A stretch of DNA of 64,000 nt, taken from Entomortierella parvispora E1425 (lineage: Eukaryota; Fungi; Mortierellomycota). The notes beneath the pieces are model-generated. The model was given only the letters and a program-made list of their open reading frames with translations. It was not told the origin of the DNA and ran no database searches. This document shows, in pieces, positions 33,494-45,717 of the stretch (its first letter is position 1; each line of letters opens with the position of its first letter). The position numbers and the translations under genes are program-made. Where the stretch lies: positions 372,001 to 436,000 of the forward strand of contig BQFW01000011.1 of the NCBI GenBank assembly GCA_020891255.1, read 5' to 3'.

Positions 33494-36400
33494 GTGTGGC
33501 AAACATACCACGATCTTGATATCAACTTCAACGCACTCACTCTTGCGTCCTACTCCTCTCAGACTAGAGACATGTCGCCAGTGTCAGATAAAGAATTCAT
33601 AGAGTCTGTTCACTCCACAGATTCAGTCCTGGCACATGCGGGGAGGGAAAGTAGAATGTCACAAGACATACCACAGGAATATATGATAATAAACGATGAG
33701 CAATCACACATGTTTGAAACACTTATATACAATGAAATGGGTGACCAGAACGACAATGACAAGAGACTTGTAGTACCGATCTACTTCGAAGGCCTTCAAT
33801 TTGAAGCCCTAATTGATTCTGGAGCCACGAAGTCATTCATAGACAAGTCATTAGTAGAAGCTCTGAAAATTGAGGTCAGCAAAGCACGGGGAAACATCTT
33901 CCTCGGGCACAAGAAAATGCATGTAGCAAGAACAGGAGTAACAGAACATATAGAAGTAGAATGCAATGAACATTCGCTTCTCGCCTCATTTGAACTGTTT
34001 GACCTACAATACCCATTTGTCATTGGCATGGACCTGTTTAACAAACTAGGGTTCTCAATCGGAGGCATTGCAGACGGACGAGCAAACGCACAGACTCTGC
34101 CAACGCCAACACCAGATGAAAAAGCCATCCGTGTTACCATTGGAAACACCAATCGAAGAACTTACTGACAAGTTCAAGAAACTCAAAGCACAATTCATGA
34201 GTGAAATCCAAGACTCGATAAAGGACAACGCACAGATACCGCTAGACAGCTACTGCACTCTACCAGAGATGCACGTGTTCTTGGATGTTCCTGAGGGCAC
34301 GACTATTTATCGCAGACCAAGGACGTTTGCTGAACAGCAACAGCATATTTTCGACGAACAAGTTGACAAATGGCTTAAAGATGGAGTTATCACACTTGCT
34401 CCGGCCAACAATCGGCACAATAACACGCTAACTCTCGCGGCCAAGAAAGATCTCCTCGGCAATAAAACGAAATGGCGGGTTTGCCTAGACCCACGTCCTC
34501 TGAACAAATTATTAAAGGATGACAACCATCCAGTACCATTAATATCGGACATCTTACAACAGATAGGTGGCCACATGATTTATACAACGCTCGATTTGAC
34601 ACAAGCATATCACCGGTTACCTATCGAAGCAGGACATCAACCACTCACTGCATTCATGCACCGAGGAACTCAATATATGTTCCGACGAGCTCCATTCGGA
34701 CTTAAGCCACTGTCAAGCATATTCCAACGTGGAATGACACGCATCTTGGGGGACTTGCCCTTTGTCCTGGTGTTCATTGACGACATCGTTATTTTCTCCA
34801 AGACCAAGGAAGAGCATGCAGCGCACGTCAAGTGTGTAATCGAACGCCTAACAGAAGCAAAGCTTATTATCAACCCAGAAAAATCACACTTCTTCTCAAC
34901 ACAGATTGTACTCCTCGGCTTTGTTATCGACTTGGCTGGAAAACGGGTAGATCCTACCAAGCTAGCCAATATCGACCAGTGGGTTCCACCAACCACAGGC
35001 ACTCAAATTCAGTCCTACATGGGCACATTCAATTTCTTCCCAGAATTCATCCCGCTGTTCAGTACATTGGCAGCGCCACTGGATAAGCTGAGGCATGAAA
35101 CAAAAGCGTTCAAACTCAATGCAGACGAACTCGATGCTTTCAATACATTCAAGCAATTGCTAAGCCATGCACCAATCTTGCACTTCGCTGACTTCGGTCT
35201 GTCGTTCTATGTCGCCACTGACGCATCCAACGTAGGCATTGCATCGGTCCTTTACCAGAAAGTCAGGAATGAATCCAAGAAAAAATGGGAGAACAGATAC
35301 ATATCCTTCATGGCACGCTCTCTACAAGACAGAGAACGACGGTATTCAGCCACACAAAAAGAATTGCTAGGAATCGTGTTTGCACTCACGAAATTCCACT
35401 ACTACCTCTGGGGAAGACACTTTACACTGTATACAGATCACCGAGCACTTACGTTCATTCACTCGCAGAAAGAGTTAAACTCCATGCTCACTGGCTGGCA
35501 TGAAACAATCCTGAGTTATGACTTTACGGTCGAATACCGACCTGGAGTGATGAATGTGTTGCCAGATCACTTGTCTAGACTGTTCCCAGCCTCCATCCAG
35601 ACTCGCTACGACTCCAACCATGGGCACATAGTCAACGCTTACATGCACATCATGCAAAACAAAGACACAATGTTAGAAGTCGTTCATGGCAAAAAGAAGC
35701 AGGACGATATATTGAACAAAACCCACGCCCTCGGCCACCTTGGAGCGAATGCAATGGTCCGGTCTATACATGCGGAACAATACACATGGCCCCATCTCAC
35801 AGACGACTGCTTGAATTGGGTTAAGAAATGCTCGGAATGTCAGAAGTACAATATTAGTATCAAAGGCTATCATCCATTAAAAGCTATCCACGCAAACCTG
35901 CCAGGAGATCATATGGCTATGGATTTAGCGGGACCGTTCAAACTCTCAAAGAAAGGCAATGAAATCCTTCTTATCGTAGTCGACGTATGCACACGCTTCG
36001 TCTTCTTAAGAGCGCTCCCTGATAAACAAGCAAACACTGTCGCTAAAGCCCTGTTTGATATATTTTGTACCGTTGGCTTTCCTCGCGTTTTACAATCCGA
36101 TAACGGCAGGGAATTTGTGAACCAAGTCATGCTTGCAATGACCTCTGAATTTAACGTTGACCACCGGCTACTTACGCCGTATCACCCTCGAGGAAACGGC
36201 GTTGCCGAACGACATGTCAAAGTCGCAGTCGACATCCTCAAGAAAGAACATCATCAGAAACAAGATACTTGGGACCTTCATGTACCCATGGCACAGCTTG
36301 CAATGAATACAAGAATCGTTGCTCTCCATAATTCATCACCGTTCTCTCTCTTCTTCGCTCGCAAGGCCAATGGCTTCCGAAATTACTCCAAATCTACCAA

Positions 36401-36968
36401 GAACGTCATGACCCACAAGCAGCTCTGTGATCGTCTCGCATACATGACTGAAATTGTCTTTCCAGCGATTGACAAGAAATCAGAAGAGACTCAAAAGAAA
36501 ATGATCGCCCGATTCAATGCCACAGTTCTGCATAATGAATTCCCTGATGGCGCAAAAGTCATGACACTTGATCCCATCCGCGGTAATAAACTTACGCCAC
36601 GGTATGAAGGCCCGTACACAGTAGTGCGCCGCACGACCGGTGGATCTTATGAGCTCAGAGATGGTACAGGCGAGTCGCTCAGTCGCAACTATGCCCCATC
36701 CCAGCTCAAACTCGTACTCGAGGATTTAAATACGCTGCCCATATTCGAGATCGAGTACATTCTCGACCACCGTCCTCATCCTTCTCGAAAGGGGGAGTGG
36801 GAATACAAAGCAAAATGGGCTGGCTACTCCAAAGATGACTACAGTTGGGAACCCGAAGAAAACGTTATTGAAAAACAATGTATCAGAGAATACTGGCAAC
36901 TTCTCAAAGAAAATAAGCGACCACAGGATCAAAGATCGAAGAGATACCAAACGAGAATGAGGAACTAA
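33494..36968 (+). pseudogene. E6 pol, one frameshift near 34122
   Basis: ORFs 33494-34168 and 34068-36968; closely resembles E1 pol. Confidence 0.92.
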
Positions 36969-37149
36969 AACGCTACTACGCAAAGAAGACCTAACAGGCA
37001 AAGAGGTTTTTTACCACATGGTTTTCCTCAAAGACAAGAGGTTTTTCACTTTTCCTCAACCATAACATTTTCATAGAGGTTTTATTTTTTACCCTCTCAC
37101 TGACCAGTAGTGTCAACCCGCGCTTCGCTCTCCATGGGAGGGGAAGTTC

Positions 37150-37325
37150 TGTCGCATAATTTGGTGGCGCAGCGGCAAATGATGCTGCTGGCAGCAAGGC
37201 ACAGTCACGGAGGCAACGGTCAGGATAATATCCTGACCGGTTCAATAAAACAGAGATCCCTCTCTTATTCTCACTGACTCCGTGTGCCATATACTTTTCA
37301 CTATTATTCGTAGTCTGCGACTACA
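37150..37325 (+). repeat. Family G 3' LTR (right end inferred)
   Basis: Follows the PPT; TGT...ACA ends; AATAAA at 37244. An alternative end at 37289 is possible. Confidence 0.65.
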
Positions 37326-37650
37326 AATAGCTTTACTGGCTGAAAAGAGGTTGGTATCCGGGGTGGTGGTCGCAGGAGGGTTGTTTGGGACAGTCATTGA
37401 AAGGCCGTGGAAAAGGTCGGTGAGGTTGTCGATGGAATCGAGGGTGTTGTTGGAGTCAGGGTGGCAAGGTTCAAGGGTCAGGGTCAGGGGTCAGGGGTCA
37501 GAGGTCGGGGGATCGAGGTTCCTTTGCTACCATGCAATAGGAGTACTGGGAACAGAGTGGAGACAAGAAGTGATGTTTTTTGAGTGCTAGATACTAACTT
37601 ATATATGCGAGGACCGCGTGATGTCACCGTATTAATGTCATACTGCTACA
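37326..37650 (-). mobile_element. Family C 5' remnant: LTR 37533-37650, PBS 37521-37532, leader and gag start
   Basis: LTR matches 13314-13432; leader resembles the E5 leader. Confidence 0.85.
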
Positions 37651-37851
37651 CGAACAGACTCAAAAGTGGATGGCAGCAGGTACAGGTTTGAGTCTGTTCA
37701 CGATTGACTCAACACAAAGGCGGATTTTTTTGGAGGGTTTTATTGAGAACAGGCACCAGCACATTTTTATATCACTGCAGGCGTCTGACACAGGAGACTC
37801 TTATTGTCGGAAAGGGTCATCGAATTCCTGTATGATACTGTATATATCGCA
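37651..37851 (-). mobile_element. Family-D-related LTR remnant
   Basis: Aligns by eye with LTR D (GAGGGTTTTATT..ACAGGCACCAGCA..GACTCTTA..TCGGA); right end uncertain. Confidence 0.6.
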
Positions 37852-37872
37852 CCTTGAATCTGCTTTTGTCCA

Positions 37873-40127
37873 CTAGTCTGCTGTTGTTGGATGGTCTGTA
37901 AAGTGTATAATAATAAAAGACGTTATTGTTAGTTGTCATCAGAAGAAAATGATGGCAAGTCAACAAGGACGGGAATAAATTCACAGAGGAATGGCGGCAG
38001 TGGTAGAGGAGAATCGTGACACTTACTGCAAGTAATGACGCCCACAAGCTTGTTCCAGAATCCTCTCTTTTTCTGGCTGCCGTCTTCGTAGTGACCATCG
38101 CATAGCTGCGACTGCTGCTGCCCAGCAGGAGCTACTCGACTGTATCCTTGCTCCCGGAGCAAATCTTGGCCCAGACTTGCTGTTGCGTCTTCAGCTGCAC
38201 ACTCTGCTACAGTATTTTCTCCAGCGACTCGCAGTGTGCTTTGTGTGTGTTTCAGTTTTGGAGTGTTATGCGCTAACGCAACGGGCTGTTGAGGACTGAA
38301 CTTGGTGCCGCCATTTCCAGTCGATATCTGAGTCGAATGCAGTATCTGTTGAGATTGTTGGTTTACGCGCTGGGGACCACGGGATGAATGATGTTGGGGA
38401 CGATGAGCATTGTGAGGGTTTGGATGGTTAGCAGAACTATGAGGCGGATTCATAGAGTACTGTATAGTACAGTACAGTGTGCAAGAAAAAAAACAAAAAA
38501 GGAGAGTACGGAGGTTGAGTATGAATAGTGCGCAAAAAGGATGAAATGACTTTGGTTTCATGACAGTGCCGCACAATCCACTTACATCCAGACCTGACTC
38601 CCATCCTCTGCCGTTATTAAGAAGCATCCAGTCAAATACTCCGTCTTCGACTTCATTCATGCTCTTCAATGCCTTTGTAAATAGGTCTCGCAAGAAGGTG
38701 TAGTCAGGCGTCTCTTCGAAGGATAACTTCCGAACGTAATTGAGATAGATCCCAAATTCCTCTATGAAGGCATTAACCCAGGATACGGTTAGCAAAGGCT
38801 CGACGACGGACGGTTATCTCAGAAGATAGTATAGTTCACATGCCTGGGAACCCTTCACAGAGTTCTTTAATTGGCGTTGACTGTTTCTTTTCGCCAATTT
38901 TTTCGTATTTTTGCTTGTTGGTAGCAGCCTTAAGCCCTTGCCAGGGCAAGCCCCCTCGCAAAAAGTACATAAACACATGGCCCATCGCCTCCAAATCATC
39001 ACGTCTAGATTGCTCTGTATGCATGTGTTGGTTTATAATTAGTTCCCTTGAGTCTAATTGCAACGTGCATCTAAATCAGTCAATCGAGAGAAATTACCTC
39101 TGCCAAGATGGGTGTTGATGCTCATGTAGCGAGCTGTTCCGCTGAGCGATTTGCGCTCGCGATATGGTATATGCTGTTTGGTTTTCGGGTCTCGGTATTG
39201 CTTCGCCATGCCAAAGTCGACGACATGGACCAAATTAGCATGTTTACTATGAGGTTTTCCTACCAGGAAATTGTCTGGCTTGATGTCGCGATATATCAAG
39301 TTTTTCTCGTGGATAGTTTGGACGCGTGAGAGCTAAATTAGTAGAAATTCAAGGAAGAGTGGTCAGCACCACAAGCCAGCGACAGCACATCTCGTATAAT
39401 ACTGAAGGAGTTGTACCATTTGTTTGGCAACCATGGCAACAGTTTTGATAGTGAACTTGCGCCCACACATATCAAAAAGGTCCTCAAGTGAAGGCCCAAG
39501 CAAGTCGATACAAAGGACGTTGTGCAGACCTTCTTGTCCAAAATAGAACGCATTAGGGATACCAGCTGAGAGGTCGAAGGGTTCAACAATATGAAAGACG
39601 TTAGCCTGTTAGACCTCGAGTGTTAATATAATTGCTGTCACTAGGACAAATAGGATGATGTCATCGCCGACACACTCTGAACGAGGGGAAGTAGCGGATA
39701 TTTGTTCATGGTTACGAAGGGTTAGGTGCATATGCAACCTACACACTCACAAACATGAGAAACACCGTACAAACACAAATCGTACTGCATCCTACAACAT
39801 ATTTCATATGTAAGAGAGAAACTTACTGGAACCAGCCAAAATCTTGTAAGTTCGGTATTCATCTCGGAGTTGAGGCGCATCACTCTTTCTTGGTTCAAAC
39901 TTGATAGCTACCTGTTGGTTGTTAAGCAAATTTGTACCTGCAACAGCCAAGACAGCAGAACATAACGAATTAGCTAAGTCCAGCAGAAGGAGAGAAAGGG
40001 CGAAGAGAAAGGATAACTCACCTTCGTAGATGATGCCGAAACTGCCTTCCCCAATCTTCTTGCCGACCCTATAGTGGACACCGACAACGTTGGAAGACGA
40101 GTGTACACTTTGCGAACTGCCACTCAT
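37873..40127 (-). CDS. cki1: Casein kinase I, Cki/Yck (gamma-like) type, multi-exon
   Basis: [90 protein letters not shown]; last exon inferred from splice signals. Confidence 0.93.
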
Positions 40128-40488
40128 TTCGTATTCTAAAAATGATTCCAGCTTACATTATTAAAGGCTGGAACAATGTAGATTTTTTACAAAAAAAAGG
40201 CTTACAGGTGATTTAAAGGCCAATGGACAGAAAAAGAGACAAGGTGGTTCGATGATTAGAGTGAGGTGGGGCACGAATAAGACGAGTGGCAGTGAGGCCA
40301 GGAGCAAGAGTGTGTGGGGATGAGGAAGGAGAGAGATGAGAAATGCAGCCAGGGTGTGAGTTTGCTTGCATGTTCACTCCGTGCCTCCTTTTTCCCCGTT
40401 CTTTTCTTCGTCCCCCAGACAAGCCACCCACTCTTGCAATAAATCCTTCAGTGAGCCAACATCCTTTAGCAACCATCCATTTTAACCA

Positions 40489-41827
40489 ATGCCTCCAACT
40501 AACCGCGAATCGCATCGTCGGTTTGAATCAGACCATTACGTTCGCCCTTCAGATAGAAGGTATGGTCGGAGCAGCTTCCATTCATCCATAATTTTCGATC
40601 CTACGCCGCCTTCCATTGCACCACAAAATAGCAACTATCAAGGCAAGAGGTACGACCCTAATTACATTCCAAGATGGGCTCAACGGGACCGAGCTCGCAA
40701 GAACACCGCCCCAGCATTCTCAACTAAAGATGCTGAACGTTTGAAGGAAAAGTCGTCTTCTCGTCCATCACAAGGGGATGAAGCAAAGCGACAGAAGACA
40801 CATGATCGGAGAGAGGGTCAGTGATTAATCCTCAGCATGCTTCTTCTTTACATCCCAAACCCCTTTGGCTTTTGCTCACATGGTTTCGCTATGCTCATAT
40901 ATAGAGGAAGACAGGAAAAAGAACTCGAGAGAAGGGGGATCACCTGCTCAGGAAATCGCGGCTTTATCTCGAGCTGTTCTCGATACACAAGCCAAAGCAA
41001 TCATACCCGAGTCAGCTGTAAAACATCCTGACGCCTCTCCTCCCTCAAACTTTTCTCCTCCCTCAAACTTTTCTGGCAATCCAGAGGCAGAAGCGACAAC
41101 GACTGAGCATCCCATCAAATGCAAAAACATTTCCTCTCCACAGCTAAAGTTGGAACCGCCGGAGCTATTCTCGATGCCATCTGGCAAGGACGTATCCTGG
41201 CAACCAGCTTCTGAAGATATAGATAAATCCCTGGATTCTGATAGCGCCACACTGGATTTAGGGGGAAAATCTCAGTCTCTAACGTCGCCACCAACAATAA
41301 CCGCAAGTTCTTTGCCTCCTGGCACCTGTGAAGAAGTATCTCATGATCAGTCCCCGCTGGCAGGTGGCTCCCGTATTCAGTTTTCATTTGCACACTCTAC
41401 TCTGGGAGCAGTATTTTCTAGGGAACTGAATGCACTGTGTTCAGAGACCAAGAAACAGCACATTCGAATGGATGATCTTTTATGGCAACTAGAGCATCAA
41501 GGCAAAGAGCGCCATGAAGCATCCTTGCAAATGATGCAAATGGCGCAAGAGTTACAGCAACAGCGAACAATAGTTCTACAGAAGGATTTGGAATCCAAGA
41601 GATCAGAGACACTGGCAGCGATGGCAAGGGCCAACCAAGAGATCGCTCAGTTCAGGGAGCAAACTGCAAAAGCAAACGAAGAAAGGTCTCTAGCTCGTGA
41701 GGAAATGTTCAAGACCAGAATAGAGCTGCAGCAGGCTCAATGGCGCATAAAGGACCTGGAGCAGACTATCCGACTACTGGAAAGCAAATGCGGTGCACCG
41801 CATTCTTGTGCTGACTCTGCAATATAA
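40489..41827 (+). CDS. Uncharacterised protein with a C-terminal coiled coil, probably two exons
   Basis: ORFs 40489-40824 and 40865-41827 are joinable by a GT-AG intron; Q/E/A-rich heptad region. Confidence 0.55.
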
Positions 41828-41983
41828 CAGTACTGTCCTATGGCTGTTAGATTTGACTCGACTCTAGAGTACAGGTGATTTCGAGAGACATGTGCCAGAA
41901 GAGTAGCAACTAATAAAAGATAGAGGTCGCAAGGTAACATGAACTATCTCAGTAACGTTGGTTTTTGCTCAATGGCCTTTTTA

Positions 41984-44900
41984 CTAATCAAGATCAGGCT
42001 GGGGGGACTCTGAATTAACTGAGGGAGCAAACGCCATCCGACGACGATTCACATCTTTTACCACTCGAGTGCTTCGCCTGGATTCATCCCCGACAGTTCG
42101 TAAAAAATGGGTTTTACGGTCTTTGGGCAGAAAAGTCAAGCTTTGGTGCGCTATCTTCTCAGATCTGGCAGTCGCCGACACGCTCACACTAGTCTCAGTT
42201 GTAGCATCAGCTGTAGCATCCTGCATCCTGCTGTCAACTGTAATAGAGTCTGCAACGGCGGCGACATTATCGTCCAAAAACGAGGCATCCTTGACAGGCA
42301 ACTGGCCGTTGAAAGCCGAACTATCCGACCAGAGGGACATCGACGGTCGATCGTGATCGTCCGCATCAATGATATTGCGAATAATCCTATTGCGTCGCAA
42401 AGCCTGCCTGAGTTCATTCTTGGAGTCGGCTACTTCTTGGGCCACTGTTGGTGTCGACCCAATGTCCCGATTGAGGATCTCAAACGGCAAAACTTGTGAA
42501 CGAGTTACTGCAGTAAGCGAGCCAGATGCTAAATCTTTCAGACTCCCATTGTCGATCGGCCTACCAATCAGCAGGCGTGATTCTGCGAATCTCTCTCTGG
42601 TCCTGTCTGCAGCTGGATCCTCAACACCTTCATCGCTCACTCTCAGGCTCATTATACTGTCTTCATTAGGTGAGTCTCTCTCGGAGTCCGTCTCGTCCAC
42701 GTCACTCAAGAATACCAATTGGTCGTCCTCCACGTTTTTTGTAAAAGCTCTGGCAAACGCCATCGTGGTTGGGTTGTCGGCTAACGTTTAGAAAGTTATT
42801 AGATGTAAGTAAATGCTCAACAAAATAATCAAAAACAAACGAAAAAAACCTACCTAGTTCCTCCAGTTTCTCTGATATTTTGAGCTTCTTTTTTCGTCGG
42901 AATCGTCCATCCATATCCTCATCATCAAACAAGTCCAGATCGTCCATTTGCCCATTGCGTCGCTTCCAAAGAGATCCAGCAGCTATTCCATGAACTAAAT
43001 CTGAAATATCTTTGTTGTGCTGATCCTGTTCTTGTTGCCTAAGTGAAAGTTAATAGGCGTTAGACCGGTGCTCATGCTACATAAGCATGTCCACAACAGT
43101 ATGTCTTACATATGTAATTTCCGAACATTTTCTGCATCGCGACTGCCCAAATCAATGTTGCTGTCAATCATATCATCCCCTAAATCATAGTCGTCATTTT
43201 CCGGATTATCGGACTCGTAATCAACACCCCCCATCCCCATGAACTCATCCTCCTCCTCCTCGGCCTCATATTCGATAAAGGCAGACTTATCGCCTTTCGA
43301 AATGGTGTGCTTGGGCTCTTGCTTAATCAGTCGTCGACCATGCTGCTCTTGTTTACTAGTTCCTAGTGCAGACTGGGAACCTTTTTTGGCGTCGCCATCA
43401 CCCCTTTTGCCAAAATTGTGCATATTTCGAGCCTCGATTTGAGAAAACGATAAGGTAGGAGGACTTGACTTGTCGTTGGTTTCCTGGCGCAGGGGTGTTA
43501 ATTCTTCTGATGAGCTGCGTGCTATTGGAAACCTCCCGGACAGGAAATCAAGAGCACTAGAAAGCACTTCAACCGATTCTTTCTCGTCAGTCTGGGACAG
43601 ACCATTAGCGATCGTGTCGGTCGAGGGCGACAACCTGGTGGGACTTGCAAGTGTGCTGCCGGTTCCACTGATGACCCTTACTCTTGGTGTCCTGGGGTAA
43701 TTGGGCTCCCCGGTAGGTTTGTCCAAGTCAGAGATGTCGTCATCATCATCAGTCCTAATATTGCAGTCATCCACATCGTGAGGCCCATCGAGAGGTCCCT
43801 CGCTGCCGCTGTCTGTCAAAGAGTCATGTGCCTGGCGGTGATCAACAAGCACCACCCTTACGTCCGAGTCATCATCACCAATGACATTCAATTTCCTGCT
43901 TGTTATACGCTTAATTTTGACTGGCTTCGTCTCTTCACTGTCTTGGTCACTGTCATCAGTTTCGGACGCGCTGTTTTTCTCTTCTTCGGACTCTGTCAGC
44001 AGATTGCGTCCTTCGGAATCAGCAGATAAAGCCTCATTCTCGCTCCCTGTGTCTGTGTCTTTTTCTCCATCAAACTCGTACGCATTATCTTCTGTAAGTG
44101 AGGAGACCAATATATCTTCCCTCGCTTCAACCTCGTCTAAGCCGGATCCACAGATTTTTGTCATCTCTCTGTCAGAGTTATTCACCATGTAATCGCTGGT
44201 AGACCTCCACTTTCCAGGCTTTTCGGTGTCGTGTTTTTGGATATTATGACGTTGAAGATTTCGCTTGCTCATCTCCCGTTTCATCTGGCTGTTAAAATTA
44301 TTGATGTTCGATGCGACTCTCTTTTTGGGAGGAGACATCATCACAGACTTAGCGGCGAACAGCGAGTCATTGAGGCCTTGCGAGGAACTACCCAAAAGGC
44401 TCAAGTTCCGGATTTGATTCGAGAGAGGTGAAGCGATAACGCTCTCTGGGTCTTTTACTCGCTCCAATTGGTCACTGACATTGCTCGCATTAGGTATCCG
44501 CATGCCAGTGATGGCTCGGGACTTCCATCGTCCTTGTTCCCATTTTCCACTCATCTCTTCTTCATCCTCTGAACTTGACAACGAGACTAAGCCCCTGCAA
44601 GTCTTGCCTTCTTTGGACTGTCTACATACAGGCAATGTTTAAACCTGCGTCAATAGGAATATCTCTTGATATCAAGGGAATATTTAGATATCCTCTACTT
44701 ACTGTTTTGCTAGTGTTTCCTTCATGAGACTTTGAATTGTGAGTTTTCTGTTAACAGCAGATTTCAAATTGGTGCCGCCAATTCGAAGTAAACGTTCCCG
44801 CTCTTTAGTCTCCTCCAAATGTTGTTTCTTCGATAATCTGATTGCCTTTGGTGTCGCCCGAGGCTCGTGAGCATGTTGATCAGAGCCTCGGTCCCATGCA

Positions 44901-45706
44901 TGTTCACCGACTAATGATGTGGTTATGGAAGATCCTGCCAAAGCTGACGAAATAGGCGCTGATCCAAGCCCATTGGTAGTCACGTCCGCATTGAAGATCC
45001 CGTCTGAGGCACAAGAAGAATGAAGAGAGTTGTGGTGATCGCCAGCGCTCGAATACGAAACTCCTTCTTCTGAATCGCTTTGGTTGTCTGAGTGAAATCC
45101 TGGGCGAGATCTGACAGAGGATGGCGATAGCGGATCCCTTTGTTCACCAGGGGAAGGACTGTCAACAAAATGATGAGGCGAGAGGGACGATGGTCGTATA
45201 TCATTGGGTGTCATATCTTGGCGAGTATTTTCAATATTGTGATGCAGACGTGGTTTGCTGGCGTTCCTCTTGGGCTTGAGTGTTGGACTGAACATGAAAC
45301 TACTTGGCTCCAAAGACTTGTCTTTGGTCCTCTGAGTTAGCTTCCTCTCCTGAGGCCCTGAGTTCATGACCTGCTCGGGAGACTCTCTCATGAACAGTGA
45401 AGAGGAGCTAGCTCGAAGGGATTTCAAATGACTTGGACTTTGTGATCCAGCCACGGGATTGGACTCTGGTAAATTAGGGACAGAGGCCGGGTTCAGTTGA
45501 TTTTGCCTAGACTTGGTGGGTATTTGTGGAGACAGAATGGATGAGGACTGCTCCATGATAAGAGAGTCTTCATCCGTGTCCGATATTGGACTGCCTACAA
45601 GGAATCCAGAGGCACTTTGCGACGAGGATGCAGGGGACTGAGGGTTAACGCTTTCGTCCTCAATGCCCATGAGGGCCATGAGGCCTTTGTCCATTCCTTC
45701 CGCCAT
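41984..45706 (-). CDS. mrc1: Mrc1/claspin-like replication checkpoint mediator, multi-exon
   Basis: FIEYEAEEEEDEFMGMGG...DDMID...VRKLHM resembles the MRC1-like domain; large acidic low-complexity protein; start codon uncertain. Confidence 0.75.
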
Positions 45707-45717
45707 GTGGTTGTTAA

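Larger units (their letters stand above)
33277..37325 (+). mobile_element. E6: family G Ty3/Gypsy chromodomain element, 5' end missing
   Basis: Gag tail, protease ALIDSGA, pol 34068-36968 with RVCLDPR and FIDD; PPT GGGAGGGGAAG at 37136-37146; LTR starts at 37150. Confidence 0.9.

Noticed and set aside
1937-37001. Numerous short ORFs antisense to or overlapping gag/pol
   Set aside because: No recognisable motifs; expected shadows of long coding regions.
13314-37650. Treating the two family C LTRs as the ends of one 24-kb element
   Set aside because: Flanks differ (AGATC versus CGAAC), the LTRs differ at about four positions, and the intervening junctions do not nest consistently.
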